Of a stretch of DNA of 64,000 nucleotides, positions 11,118 to 22,950 are shown piece by piece; the stretch's first letter is position 1, and each line of letters opens with the position of its first letter. A program made the translations under genes and the position numbers. Location of the stretch: NCBI GenBank assembly GCA_050575255.1, contig JBNZDD010013652.1, forward strand, positions 2,637,080 to 2,701,079. Direction: 5' to 3'. The notes beneath the pieces were generated by a model that saw nothing but the letters and a program-made list of their open reading frames with translations, did no database searches and had not been told where the DNA came from. This stretch comes from Harriotta raleighana (Eukaryota).

Positions 11118-14100
11118 GTTAGTAGACAGAGGATACCTTACAAATCATCCTATAAGTGGTGAAATGTTCAGATCCTTCTTTCCCCGAGGGCTAAAGCAGC
11201 AGTATACTTACTGAGATACATACAGGCTCATTTGAAACTTGGTGGTGTATGTCATTGGGTTACCTCAACAAATTGATCTCGGGTTTAAATGATCATTTGA
11301 TTTTCATGGGCTGTTCCCTCTGTTTAAAAGTATAATTCTGTTTTCAGGAAATTGTTGTGAAGAACAGAATTTCCTTTGTAGAAACAGTGGAAACGGTTAC
11401 CATCATGAAAGACGCAAGTTTGCATATTTCACCTCAAAAAACTTCCAGAGGCATGGTTCAAAATTGTTGTCATCCTTGAGATTACAGAGTGAAATGTGAT
11501 GTTTGTACAGTATTTATCACCTGGAATGTGTAAAGTTGGGACATCTCACTGGTTGTCTAACCATTTTTTCTCTTTGCTCCCATCTCCCCCTTGACAACTT
11601 TGATTTTCTTCTCACTGTGGAGTCTTTGAGAATCATGGAATCTTAAGGCAACAGAAGAAGACCATTCGGCCAATGCCTTTCCAATTAGACCCACTCATTC
11701 ACTCTTTCCCCATAGCCCCGCAATTGCTTTTTCATTTTCAAGTGTCTATTCAATTCCCTTTTGAAAGTTATTTCAGAAGAAGCCAAGCATTTGGGTTTCT
11801 GGCTCACAGATTATAGCCTTTGACTACTGCTCAGCAGGACAGACAAATGACAATGTCCAGCGAGCAAGCGAACTGCAAGTCTGATCCCATGGACCCGGTT
11901 TCTCAGACAAAATAGAGACTGGTTGGAGGGAGCCAATCTCCAGTAAATATGTTGTGATAAGCACACACTGAAATGACTGAATACACCTTTAAAAAGACTT
12001 GGTAAGCAGGAAGCCTGGCAGTTTAGACTGGGTGACTGACTCATTGGAGAAAATCACGATTGTGGCCACTTACTCCCAAATGCCCTTTTTTGTGCCTTAA
12101 CATTGCTTGATTCTATGATAAAGAACAGTCTTTCAAGAATCGTAAGCTTTGCTGGATAAATGTAGTGCATCAAACAGGCCAGGAAGGCCCAAGGTATGAA
12201 TCATTTTCTGAACTGGGATGTTTTATCTCTGCCAGGTGGCTGGTTGGGTGCAATTCACTTCAACCATCTCCATAATCAACCCGAATGCTCTTGATTGCAG
12301 TTCACAGAACCCATCCACAATGAGTGTGTGTGACGGAGGGGCTATGAGGAAAGGATTCTCTCACTAGACTCACAGTCCTGGTGTATATCTCACAGCTGTT
12401 GAGTGAGGTGCCCAAATGACTACCAATGTGATTTCAGTAGAAAGTTAGTAAGGCAAAGGCAGGATAGTAAAGACATTGTTGTGAAAATGACAATAGATTT
12501 GTAATTCTGCCCACTATTTTTCATACTTCATACTCTATGTAAACATGTCTACATTTTAAATCACATGTTTGTGGCATTGACCCTTTATACCAACAGTATT
12601 CCTTGTTGTTAAATCACTGAACGCTATAGAATTTATCAAAATTCCATTATAGAAATGCCTCTGTGAGTCCAACCTTGATGCTGTGGTGCTTTAAGCAGCT
12701 TTCAATCATTTCACTTCAGTAAAAGGCAGTAATACAAAACAAACCCTAGATTTCTTGTTACCAACAGTCCCTTGTTTTCGTAACTTTCCAGTAGATTATG
12801 GAGTATCAGATATAGTCATCTCTGACCTATTTAAGGTGATTCCTTTCTATCTCTTGTGTGTTTACATTTTGCAACCTTAGTTTCCTCGCCCCTCCGAAGT
12901 CTTTGCCTTTTTAGAAGCTGGAATTGTAATGGGAACACAGGGAACAGTAGGAGGCCATTCTGACAGTTGATCAGATGTCATTAGATCTTTGAATCCCAGA
13001 GCCTTACCATTGAATACTTCAGCAGAAACAAAAGGTCTCAGTAGAAGCTGAATAATCAGTCGACAAAATATGTCCCTTTAAAAATGTAACTCCAAGGTCA
13101 GATCTGATTTATTTTTGAATTAATTTGTGAAATAGGTGAAGAAAAATAAGTGCTGTGAAAACCAATTACTGGACTTGAAAAATTTACCTTATCCCAACAC
13201 ATTTGATTAATAGAGTTAAAATCAATTAATTATAATGTTGCTCAGTCAGGTAACCCTGTGATAAAAGGCTTCAGTTGTGGGGATATTAGGCTGTGCATTG
13301 AATGAAAGGCAGCAACTGAGCACGAACAGTACAAATTTTCATACTGATGGATAAAATAAATCCTTCACATTGCTTTGTTCTTAATGGATTTCTGGAATGC
13401 GTACCTCTGATCAAGGTGAGTCCCATTGGTGATTTCAGCCTTTTGGCTAGTGGCAGAGCTACCCGTCAACACATAGAGATCTCGGAAGAAAACTCTCACT
13501 GTATCAAACTGTTACTTAATTTCCCAGTTTTCAATTGGCTAATTTCCCGTATTTGTTCTTTCGCCAAACAGTGACGGTGAGTTCTGTGCGCAGTCAGCAA
13601 ACTGTGTGACTCACCAGCCAACCTCCTGAATTGAATAATTCAACAAAAGCAGACTTTCATTGTTATCTCATAGGCTTATGAGTTTCCCTGTTGAATGATT
13701 TGGGAAAAGTTGAAGAAAAGTTCAAAGTCCAGTTGTTGGATTTGTTTTATTGGGATTGTCAGACAGAATAAATTTAGTGTATCTTTAGAGAAAGATATCA
13801 GTGAATAGTTGTTTTTTTCCTTAAAGTGTTACTCAGCAACTTTCATTTATAAAGCACCCTACATTACTGTTGGGTAATGTTTCCGATGTTATACAAAGAC
13901 AGGACAAAACACTGAGTAAGAAGGAAAGACAGAGATGGGGCAAGGCAGAAGGGTCAAGAGAGTGATTTTTGTATAGGCGTAGATTCTGAAGGCTCAGACA
14001 CTGATGGAAAGGGCAGGAGACTGGGGAGCAAACCAAACTGAGGGGGTGAGCAGAGGAATGGGGTGGGAAAAGATCAGAGAGCTAAAGGCGTGTTAGGGAA

Positions 14101-14384
14101 TGAAGGGATTTATAGGTGTGGGTGAAGACCTTGAAATCAATGAATGGAACAAGATATAAATGCTCATGATTGAGCCAGTCAAACCCCCTAATTCACCTAC
14201 AAATACAAAAGGTTGTAGATGTTTATTCCAAGTCAGCACAGGGGTAAAAATGGTCTCCACAGAGACCAAAATGGTCTCCCTGATAGCCACAACATAAGAA
14301 ATTTGATAATGATCCTTAAATATGTTATAGCTTGTTTCATATCCGGGAGATGAAATCATTTGAAATGAATTTCAAATCATCATT

Positions 14385-14668
14385 GTGGAGTACTGTAGCG
14401 CAGTGGTTAAGAGCACTTGCCTTACAAGCAATTCCAGGACAGGGCAAAATCTTGTGACAAGTTTCCTTACTCCACATGCCTGATAATCGTCCCTCCAAAA
14501 AATTGGTTATTTCAGTCCACGACTGTTTGTGGGACCCTGCTGTGCGCAATTGGCTGCCATGTTTTGCCCATAAATCTGCAGTCAATTTTATTGACAGTAT
14601 ATTCTGTGAAGCGCTTTGAGATGTTTAGAAGACATGAAAAGCGCTATATCAAATGCAATTGTTATTAT
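14385..14668 (+). mobile_element. tRNA-head Deu-type SINE (younger family)
   Basis: Head TGTAGCGCAGTGGTTAAGAGCAC, core TTTGTGGGACCCTGCTGTGCGCAATTGGCTGCC, tail GAAAAGCGCTATATCAAATGCAA; similar to copies at 30100, 37142, 61421. Confidence 0.88.
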
Positions 14669-17600
14669 ATTTCAAAGTGCTTCACAGGATTTACTGTCAA
14701 GTGGAGTGAATGTTCATTTTGTGGGCAATGATGCTCTCTTGCTAAATTCTTAAACTGACTTGATTTTTTTTTTAAAAAGACTCAAAAGAGAGAGCAAAAA
14801 AAATCCAACCAAGGAGGAAATAATCCAACAAATGAGGCGACAGATGTGAACAGAATAGTTTATGATGTGATGAGACTGAAGGGCAATTAAGATGAGAGAG
14901 GACAGGCGTATTGGGGACTGGTAACAAAAAAAGTGACCAGTCAAAATCACACAAGGGTGGTCACTTGACTAATTGCCAATGCCTTCAAACAATAACATCT
15001 TGATTAAGAGGCTCCTTTCAAATCTATCAGGAAAGCAATGGTCGGAACAAGTTAATGGATGCAGTGTTATGAACTCACTTAGCCATCAATTATCTTCATT
15101 CATTTTTTTTAACGTGCGATGATGAAAAGCGATGAAGCGAATCTGCTGTTTCTGTAGGAGGGTCTCCAGTGCATCTTTAAACAGGTGGACCTAGTGGCCC
15201 CATCGATTGTTGAACTCTGCAGGCATCAGCCCGCAACTGAATGGTGGCTGGAGTCCGCAGGTTTAACACAGACTAATTCCCCACCAGCAAGCCCCTTGAA
15301 TGACAAGCCCTTCCAGCTTGCTCTTATGGAATTGATGCTGCCAAAACATTATTTGATCTTCGGAGAGAAACATGGCTATTAATTAGCCGCCCAATTTCAC
15401 TTCAATTAAAGGAACTTTAATTAATAAGTTCCTTGCGAAGATTGACACACACCCCCAGTTTAAGATGGTGTGTTAAAGGCTGATAAACACCTCTGCGCTA
15501 ATGAAAAATTGATTAGATTGATTCGCAGGAGAAACAGGGCTCAGAATAAAAAAAACACTTTACCTTTCAAAACCCAGTTAATATTTTGCAGTACAAAGGT
15601 TAATCAGCTCCTCCAAGGTCCCTTAATCGAAAGCTTGATTCAGAAAGTAGGGAAGTGATTCTATAAAGAAATCATTGAAAGGAGCACAAATGAACAGACA
15701 AGTATGTCCCAAAGCAACACAGCAGATGGAAACTGATGAAGCTGTAACTAATCCCATTGGTGTTGGATAGATTTTCAGATCATTGTTTTTTGCATTAGGA
15801 AATGCAGCAAGTTTTTCTTTTAGCATAACTTTGGTTTTTCAGTGTTTAGTTCGACAGTTGTTGACCTTTGTTGACTTCTTTGCCTCTTCTCCCAAGTGCT
15901 GTGCATTTAGTCATAATGCTTTGTGCACTGGGGTGTTTTTGCCCAACACTGACATCCCTGACCATTAAAGCACTTATAGATGTTATTGATGGCCTGAATG
16001 TTACTCAGGCTGTTCTTTTATGTCAGACTCTGATTTAATAGTTTCCTCTTTGTTATGTGGCTTTAGAATACTCTTTGAGTATCTTGATATATGCTGCAGG
16101 GTCTTTCAGTTGTCAAATTTAAAGGGAACCAGAAATATCTATTCAGAACAAAGCATCATTGGAATTATGAAGCAGGATGGTTGAAAGGCTTACTGCCAGA
16201 CATCTAGCTGGAAAGATTGCAGTGGACTCATATTGTCATCATGTTTAATGGAGCCAAGTCAATGGCATTGCTATGGTAACAGCTTAGACAGCTATCAAGA
16301 CTAGGTTGTCACTCCGCGGGATGCCAAAATACTTTATTTTAACTGGATGGCTTCTGGAGCAGTTTGGAAATGGCTGCTCCCTTTTCCTAATTTCTCACTC
16401 TTAACACAAAGGAATATTAGTTGAGGAGCCAAGCACACGTGTGACTACTCACACCTCGGGTGCTAATCCTGCTCTGCGAGACAGCTGGTTCAAGCTGTGC
16501 AAATTCTCAAAGACTGAACACCAGTGAGAAAGGCTTCTGTCAGCTTTTCCCACTGACATTTGTTGGGAATACACTGTTCTGATATAATTGAAAACCCCAC
16601 TTAATTTTCATCAAACGTTTTGAAACATCTGACTGTATAACCATGAGGTGAAGGGCACGCGTTGGCTATCCAATCTGCAAAACCACAAGTTCATGACTGC
16701 TTATATGGCAATGAAACGCAAAGAGCAGAGGCCAGACCCAGGTGAAGAGAGGAACAATTAGAAAAGTTACTCTTCCCCCGGGATACCTGTAAATATTTGC
16801 TGGAAGCCAAATCCAGAGTGCCAGTGGTTAAAGAAGACAGCTGCTTATTTTCCTGCCAACTGTTCACCAGGGAATATTGTACTGGTGGGGAGAAGATGGA
16901 AATGGAATAAGAGAAAATAAAATAACTTTTAAATGGAGAGGGAAAGGGGAAATAACTGGATTAAATTCAAAATTTGGAACTGGAGTATTATCATTAAAAC
17001 CTGACCTGCAAGGCAGGATTAGATTGTATAGGCAGCATAACCAATGTTTTCATGGTCAATTTATAGAACTGGATGTAAAGCCGTGTCCGGTAATGGGCTT
17101 CATGTAAATTTTCTGTGACAGCAACTGACTCGAAAGGCGCCTCCAATGGTACAATCTATATTTCCAGAATTGCACATTGTCACATCAAATTCTAGACAAG
17201 TTGTTGTGTAAATTTTCAGCCTGTTAAGATGTATTTTGGCATCTCGTTCAAAGCTATTTCTATTTCTGTGCTTCTCTCCCAAGTTTACAAATTTGCTCAT
17301 CTGTTTGACCTTCTCGAAAAAAAATGTAAGCATTAACTTTGCGTAGAAAATAGAAAAGTATGTCACTTACCATCAACAACAGCAATTTAAGAGATTGAAT
17401 CAAAACGATTCACACAGCTGACTGGACTCTAGAGCCGTGGGAGGGAGAGTCGGTGATGGGGTTAGAAGATGACAAAAGTGTGGTGTAAAAGATAACTCAA
17501 GTCAGAGAAGTACCATTAAGTATTTTCGTAATTTGAATACCATTTTTAAAATTCAATTGCTCTTGATTAGAGCAGCCCCAATTCTACCTCCCATGAGACT

Positions 17601-18214
17601 GGAGTTTTTAAATCCCTCCACGGTCGTTTCCCCATCCTACCTCTGTTATCTTCTCAAGTGCTATCTCCACCCAGCCTGCTTCTAACCAACATCCAACCAC
17701 CCCACTGTCTGCTGTCAGGCTTTCAGCGCCTTGGGACGTCCTCCTGATGTGAAAAGCGCTATACAAATGTAATTTTGTTTTTGCTGTTGTATCTGCCCCT
17801 ATTCCCTGGAAATCTATCCTGGGTTCCCTTAGATTTACTGTTTCATTCGCTTCCTTCAAATTCCTTAAGGGAGATTTAAGTTTAATGAATTGGTTCCTGA
17901 AAACTCAAAACATTATTTGACACCTTATTTGTCAATCCAACATGAAACTCTGCGATTGATAAAGACTAACTTTTTAATTGTCGCAATGGGAGTACTTTCT
18001 TAGTGAAGTAATTGAATGTTAAATACAATAATTATCTTGAATTTAAGGTCATTTTGAAAGTGGAAGATGGAAAATGTATCAATTTACTGTTGGAGAAAAG
18101 TTCCATTTTACAGTACCTTATAGCTTCAGGGTCCCACTAGTACAAAATGTGCTTTGACAGAATACTGAGCACACAAGTGAGTGACTGTGCTGCAATTGCA
18201 TTTTTGTTCTGCAG

Positions 18215-18400
18215 AAATTTGCACCGTGGATTGTGGGGTCCGCGGAGTTTGCATTGCCGGTAGCTGCCGCTGTGAGGAAGGCTGGGGCAGCACAGGCTGC
18301 ACCCAGAGAGTATGTCATCCTCGCTGCCTGGAGCATGGAATCTGTAAGGATGGCAAATGCGAATGCAACCAAGGCTGGAACGGTGAACACTGCACCATAG
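18215..18400 (+). CDS. TENM3: TENM3 exon, EGF repeats 6-7 ([13 protein letters not shown]...GWNGEHCTI)
   Basis: Acceptor ctgcag|AAATT, donor ATAG|gtaggg; 186 nt, phase 1-1. Confidence 0.96.
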   Translation, partial: KFAPWIVGSAEFALPVAAAVRKAGAAQAAPREYVILAAWSMESVRMANANATKAGTVNTAP

Positions 18401-18807
18401 GTAGGGCCTTATTGGACCGACTTGGCTCTCTTTACCAATGTGAATATTAATCCGTAAAAGTACTGAATAATGTCTGCATCACAATAGAAAATGTCAGTCA
18501 GGTATTTTCATCCGCTGTTTCTGACATAGAGGTTTTTTGCTTAGAAGGGGGCCCATTTGACGGATTGTGATTGTGGCCACGATCTGCACATTAGTTTGAT
18601 TTAAAAGAGACATGTGACAAGAAATTCCTGATGGAGCTAAATAGAGTGCCACTGACATGATGTTCAGCTCATTATTTGCCACATGGTTTTAAGTCAGAGC
18701 ACTTAACAATGAGGAATTTTTCTCCATTCTCTCTCAAACCGCCTTCCAATTCCTGCAAAAGAACTATTCAATCATCTATTGTATCAAAGGCTACAGCATA
18801 ACGTTAA

Positions 18808-19185
18808 CTTGGCTCAGTTTGTAGCCTCTGAGTCAGAATTCTATGATATTGCATCCCATGCAAGGTCTAATAGTCTAGGTTGACACTCCAATGCTGTGCT
18901 GGACAAATGCTGCATTGTTTGAGATGTTGTCCTTTGATAAATACAATAAAGCAGGATCCCAAATAGCTATTCAAAACAAGAAGCGACTCTCTATGGTGTC
19001 CTGAGCAACAAGGAATCAAATAAAATTGGTCATACACTTCATACAGTTGATGAGACATTGCTGTGCACAAATTGGCTGCCATTTTTCCATAGAAATATGC
19101 AGTCTTTATAGTACACTACAATTTATAGTAAAAGGTGAAGCGCTTTGATGTGAGAGGTGCTTTATCAAATACAAGGATTATTATA
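18808..19185 (+). mobile_element. Older, diverged Deu-type SINE (SacSINE1/AmnSINE1-like)
   Basis: GGCTCAGTTTGTAGC..CTGAGTCAGAA head, CTAGGTTGACACTCCA, core TTGCTGTGCACAAATTGGCTGCC, tail ATCAAATACAAGGATTATTA. Confidence 0.65.
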
Positions 19186-19259
19186 ACAATCATGCTTCTG
19201 AATATTCTTTTAGTCGAAGCTTTAAAAGTGGTCTCTAATCTTGTTATAGTGACTTATAT

Positions 19260-19912
19260 TAATGATAATCTTTGCATTTGATATACAGAAAAACCTTGTT
19301 TATCCGGTCCACTCGGGGGGGGGGGGGGGGGGNNNNNNNNNNNNNTAAACAGGGGACAAGTTGCCGAAAACCCAACATAAAAAATTAACTTATTTTAAAA
19401 CATACCATGTTAATAATACACTACATAGTAACAGAATATTGTATGGATACTTACCAATAAAGTATTCCAGCACAGTCAGGAAAAAATCAATAAAACAGCA
19501 TTTTTTACTGATTGGTAAAAAACCTAAGTTTACTAAGTGCGCATGCGCACACATTGCACGCATGTGCAAAGTGAGCAATCTCGCAATTCTGGAATGAGGA
19601 ATTGCCCCGGGAGGGGGTCGAGCAATTCCTGATTGATCGGGTCACGGATGAACGAGGTTTTACTGTAGTGCTCTTCATGTCTTCTAGACATCTCAAAGTG
19701 CTTCATGGAATATAGTGTAAAGCGAATTGACTATATTTATGTGGGCGAAAGGCGGCAGTCCAACCAGTCGTGGATTGAAATGAGCAATTTATTATTGTTT
19801 ATTTTTAGGGATTATTATAAGTAAGGAAACCTGCCCAAATTTTCACCCTGCCTGGAAATGAACCCAGGCCTCTCACTTGTAGAGCGAGCGCTCTAACCAC
19901 TGAACTACAGAA
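19260..19912 (-). mobile_element. tRNA-head Deu-type SINE interrupted by a Tigger-type MITE
   Basis: Reverse-complement tail AATCTTTGCATTTGATA(TA) resumes after 19667 as GTGCTCTTCATGTCTTCTAGAC; head GAGCGCTCTAACCACTGAACTACAG at ~19886-19910. Confidence 0.85.
19286..19665 (-). mobile_element. Non-autonomous Tigger-type MITE (contains G-run and 13-N gap)
   Basis: TIRs CAGAAAAACCTTGTTTATCCG / CGGATGAACGAGGTTTTACTG, TA target duplication; AT-rich part similar to 39339-39865. Confidence 0.85.
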
Positions 19913-20799
19913 CTTAGAAAGCTTCCACTTGTGGCTCATAATACGGTATTGGGTCCACTTATTCTATTCTGCCGTCCTACCCACTGCGCTGCTGCAACAA
20001 TTCATGAATATTTCCTCTGAGCAAGCAAACCCTCCATTTAAAAATGTGACAAGGTAAGAAAAGAAGGTGGAAATTAAAGAAAAATATGAAGGCTCAAAGA
20101 TTTGTCAGATACGACTGAAAAGCATGAACAATTAATAGCCTTCCTGCAAGTTATTATAACCACATCCATTATCACCATGACCTTTTGAGAACTTTATTTC
20201 CTGAGAAGCTTGAAGTATAATTTTTCTCTTAGTCCTCACTAATGCCTTTTAACAGGCTATCTGTCATTTCTGAATCTCTGAATAAAGTGAAAGTTTCCAT
20301 ATCTTAGGCAATGGTGCAGAAGTATGACTGGAGACCTCAAGACAGTTAAATCTACTTAAAGGCTCGTTCTTGTTATACCCAGCGAATATCCATCCCGGAA
20401 AAGACTGCACATCAAGAATGAATGTATGACATTAAGTCATCGGGTTATAATTGAATGAAATTGTGCATTACTTCACGATTGAATCATTAGAATGTCAAGA
20501 GACATTTGGAGTATGTGGGATGTGGCAAAACCATCACTAGCAAAATCAGCAAGGGACATTGGGTGTAATTTGCCTTTTTAATGGAATTCGTAAGAAGGAA
20601 ACGACTCCTCATATAAGGGTTCCCTCTGGTGAGTAACTGGATGTCAGTCACACCAACCAAATGGGAATACACACAAGCACCATATACTGTACTTCCGGAG
20701 CAGAGTTCCTGAAGGTCAAAAGGAATTTTAACGGGAATCTTTATCCAGGAATTTGTGAGGTAGGACAGTGAACAGCAGCGGATTGTTTAACAATAATAA

Positions 20800-21170
20800 A
20801 AGTAATCACTGCAATTGATATGGAGCCATTTCCACATCAGCAGGACATTATAAAGCACCTCACAGAATTTACTGTACAGTATAGAGACTATTTGTAGGTG
20901 AACACAGTAGCAAATTTGCACACAGCAGTTCCCACATATAGCCATGAAATGAATCATCAATTTTAATTGCCAGATTGTTAGTCAGGATGTGGGGAGGAGC
21001 TGCCTTCTATTTTCATTTAATGTCCACCTGATCAGGCAGATGGGACTGTGGTTTAACATCTCATCCGAAACATAGTACCACAGACAATGTAGGGCACCCT
21101 CCAAAGGGTCATTCTAAGGCTTGAACCCACAGCCTTCTTACTGATGGGTAAGATGACAAACCTACCAATT
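20800..21170 (-). mobile_element. Older Deu-type SINE
   Basis: GCAAATTTGCACACAGCAGTTCCCACA core, GTCCACCTGATCAGGCAGATGGG, GGTTTAACATCTCATCCGAAA, CTTGAACCCACAGCCTTCT head (all reverse complement). Confidence 0.7.
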
Positions 21171-21184
21171 TGCTGTCAGTGTCG

Positions 21185-21695
21185 ATGCTCATCCAAAACT
21201 GTGCAGCACGTGTACTCTCTCGCATCAGGTTCCGTGACACCATCACTCCCGCCCTCGCCCGGCTCCATTGGCTCCCCATCCCCCAGAGGATCAAATTCAA
21301 GAGCCTCGTCCTTTACTTTCAAGGCAATCCACAGCCTTGTCCCTTTCTACCTCTCCGACCACCTGACTCCCTACCAACCTGCCATCCCCTCGTTTCAATG
21401 GGCTCCGTCTGCTCCATGTCTCCCGCCCGACCGGCCCTACCATCGGTGGACGGGCTTTCAGCCTCTCTGCCCCCACACTCTGGAGCTCCATCCCACAGTC
21501 CTTCATCTTGCTTCCTCCCTTGCCTCCTTCAAGGCCGGTCTCAAGACACTCCCTTTCAATTGAAGACCTCCCACCTCCTCTGCGCCTCCCCCATGCTCGG
21601 GTCCCGAAAACTGTGTCTGTTCAGCGCCTTGGGACGTCCTCCCGATGTGAAATGTGCTCTATAAATGTAATTTTGTTGTTGCTGTTGTTGTTGAT
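21185..21695 (+). mobile_element. L2-clade LINE 3' fragment
   Basis: IQNCAARVLSRIRFRDTITPALARLHWLPIPQRIKFK and LASFKAGLKTL motifs; tail CTATAAATGTAATTTTGTTGTTGCTGTTGTTG. Confidence 0.9.
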
Positions 21696-22651
21696 GTGAA
21701 GATCTGACTTAATTCACCATCTACCACTAACCTCCCATCTTCCCCCAACATAAAGGGTTTTCCTTTATGTGTTTGTTATCAACTGTAGATTGTATGAGCT
21801 CAAACATTCATGAAACATCTTGTTCAAGGCAGTGCAATTAATACGCAGCAGTTTTCTGACAACAGTGTCATTTTAATTTAAATTTCTGAAATCTACAGCA
21901 AATTTTCTATGAAGGCTGCCATGATGTTAAGTATCCAGGCTGAAGCCGATATAGGAATGTCAGCGTCTCCTGTGGTGTTTCTTTTAAAAAAACAATTTTG
22001 TAATGATTTGAGATCTGAGAAACTATTTCTGTTGCAGAAATCCAGTAACCTGAACATACTTTCCTCTGTTATAATTAGGGTTCCATTATTTTATGTTTCT
22101 TAATTTACTAATTTTCTCCCCATTGGCAAATATCTCTGCAAATTATTTGGTCTCTGTCCAACTGCAAGCAGGAAGGCCAGCCGCCAATTTGTCCATCGAT
22201 TTTAGTTGAATTTTTGAAGATCTTTTCAGCTGTCATAAATTCACCACATACATCACATGTGCAGGCAGCACCACGAATATCACTTCCTGCTTTACTCGTA
22301 GAGATGACACAATTATATATTCCCACCTAAAGCATCGCCCATGAGGCAGTTATTATCTTGACAATTGTTTTGCACAAGATTTGATCTTATGATTGGACTT
22401 TGGCCTATTTTGTCCAAACAATAGACAAAAGTGTTAGAAAGAATAATTTTCTTTTATTTGGGGAAAACTGAAGAATCCTATAAATACCACTGTTTATTGA
22501 TAAAATTGAAAACTGTGAAGCCCAGTTATAATTGTACAACAGTAGCAGAAACGTTTACAGTTCTCCATATTTTTCCTAATGTATGTTGGACTTAGAATTC
22601 CTTTTGTTAGATGAACCAGAAAATTATATTTTCATAAGCTTATCTTTCTTA

Positions 22652-22950
22652 TTAATAATAATAATTCTTACATTTGACATAGCACTTTTTTCATGCCTTC
22701 TGGACATCTCAAAATGCTTAACAGAATACACTGTAAAGTGAATTGACTGTATATTTGTAGGTGAAACGTGGCAGCCAATTGCGCACAGCAATATCCCACA
22801 AACAGTCATGGATTGAAATAACCAATTTTTTTTGAGGAATTAATATTAGGCATGTGGTGTAAGGAAACTTGCCCAGAGTTTCACCCTACCTGGAATTGAT
22901 CCCAGTCTCCCGCTCGTAAGGCACGTGCTCTAACCATTCAGCTATAGGAT
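22652..22950 (-). mobile_element. tRNA-head Deu-type SINE, near full length
   Basis: Reverse complement of the 37142/61421 family from (AAT)n tail to GTGCTCTAACCATTCAGCTATAGGA head. Confidence 0.88.

Noticed and set aside
18401-18450. Read-through of the EGF7 donor ([16 protein letters not shown]-stop), starting GR like the TENM2 insert GRQTAGTET as I recall it
   Set aside because: No GT donor 27 nt downstream and no further similarity; GR is simply what a G|gtagg donor encodes
19315-19345. Long G-run as a G-quadruplex or functional element
   Set aside because: Abuts a 13-N gap inside a MITE, so the length is unreliable
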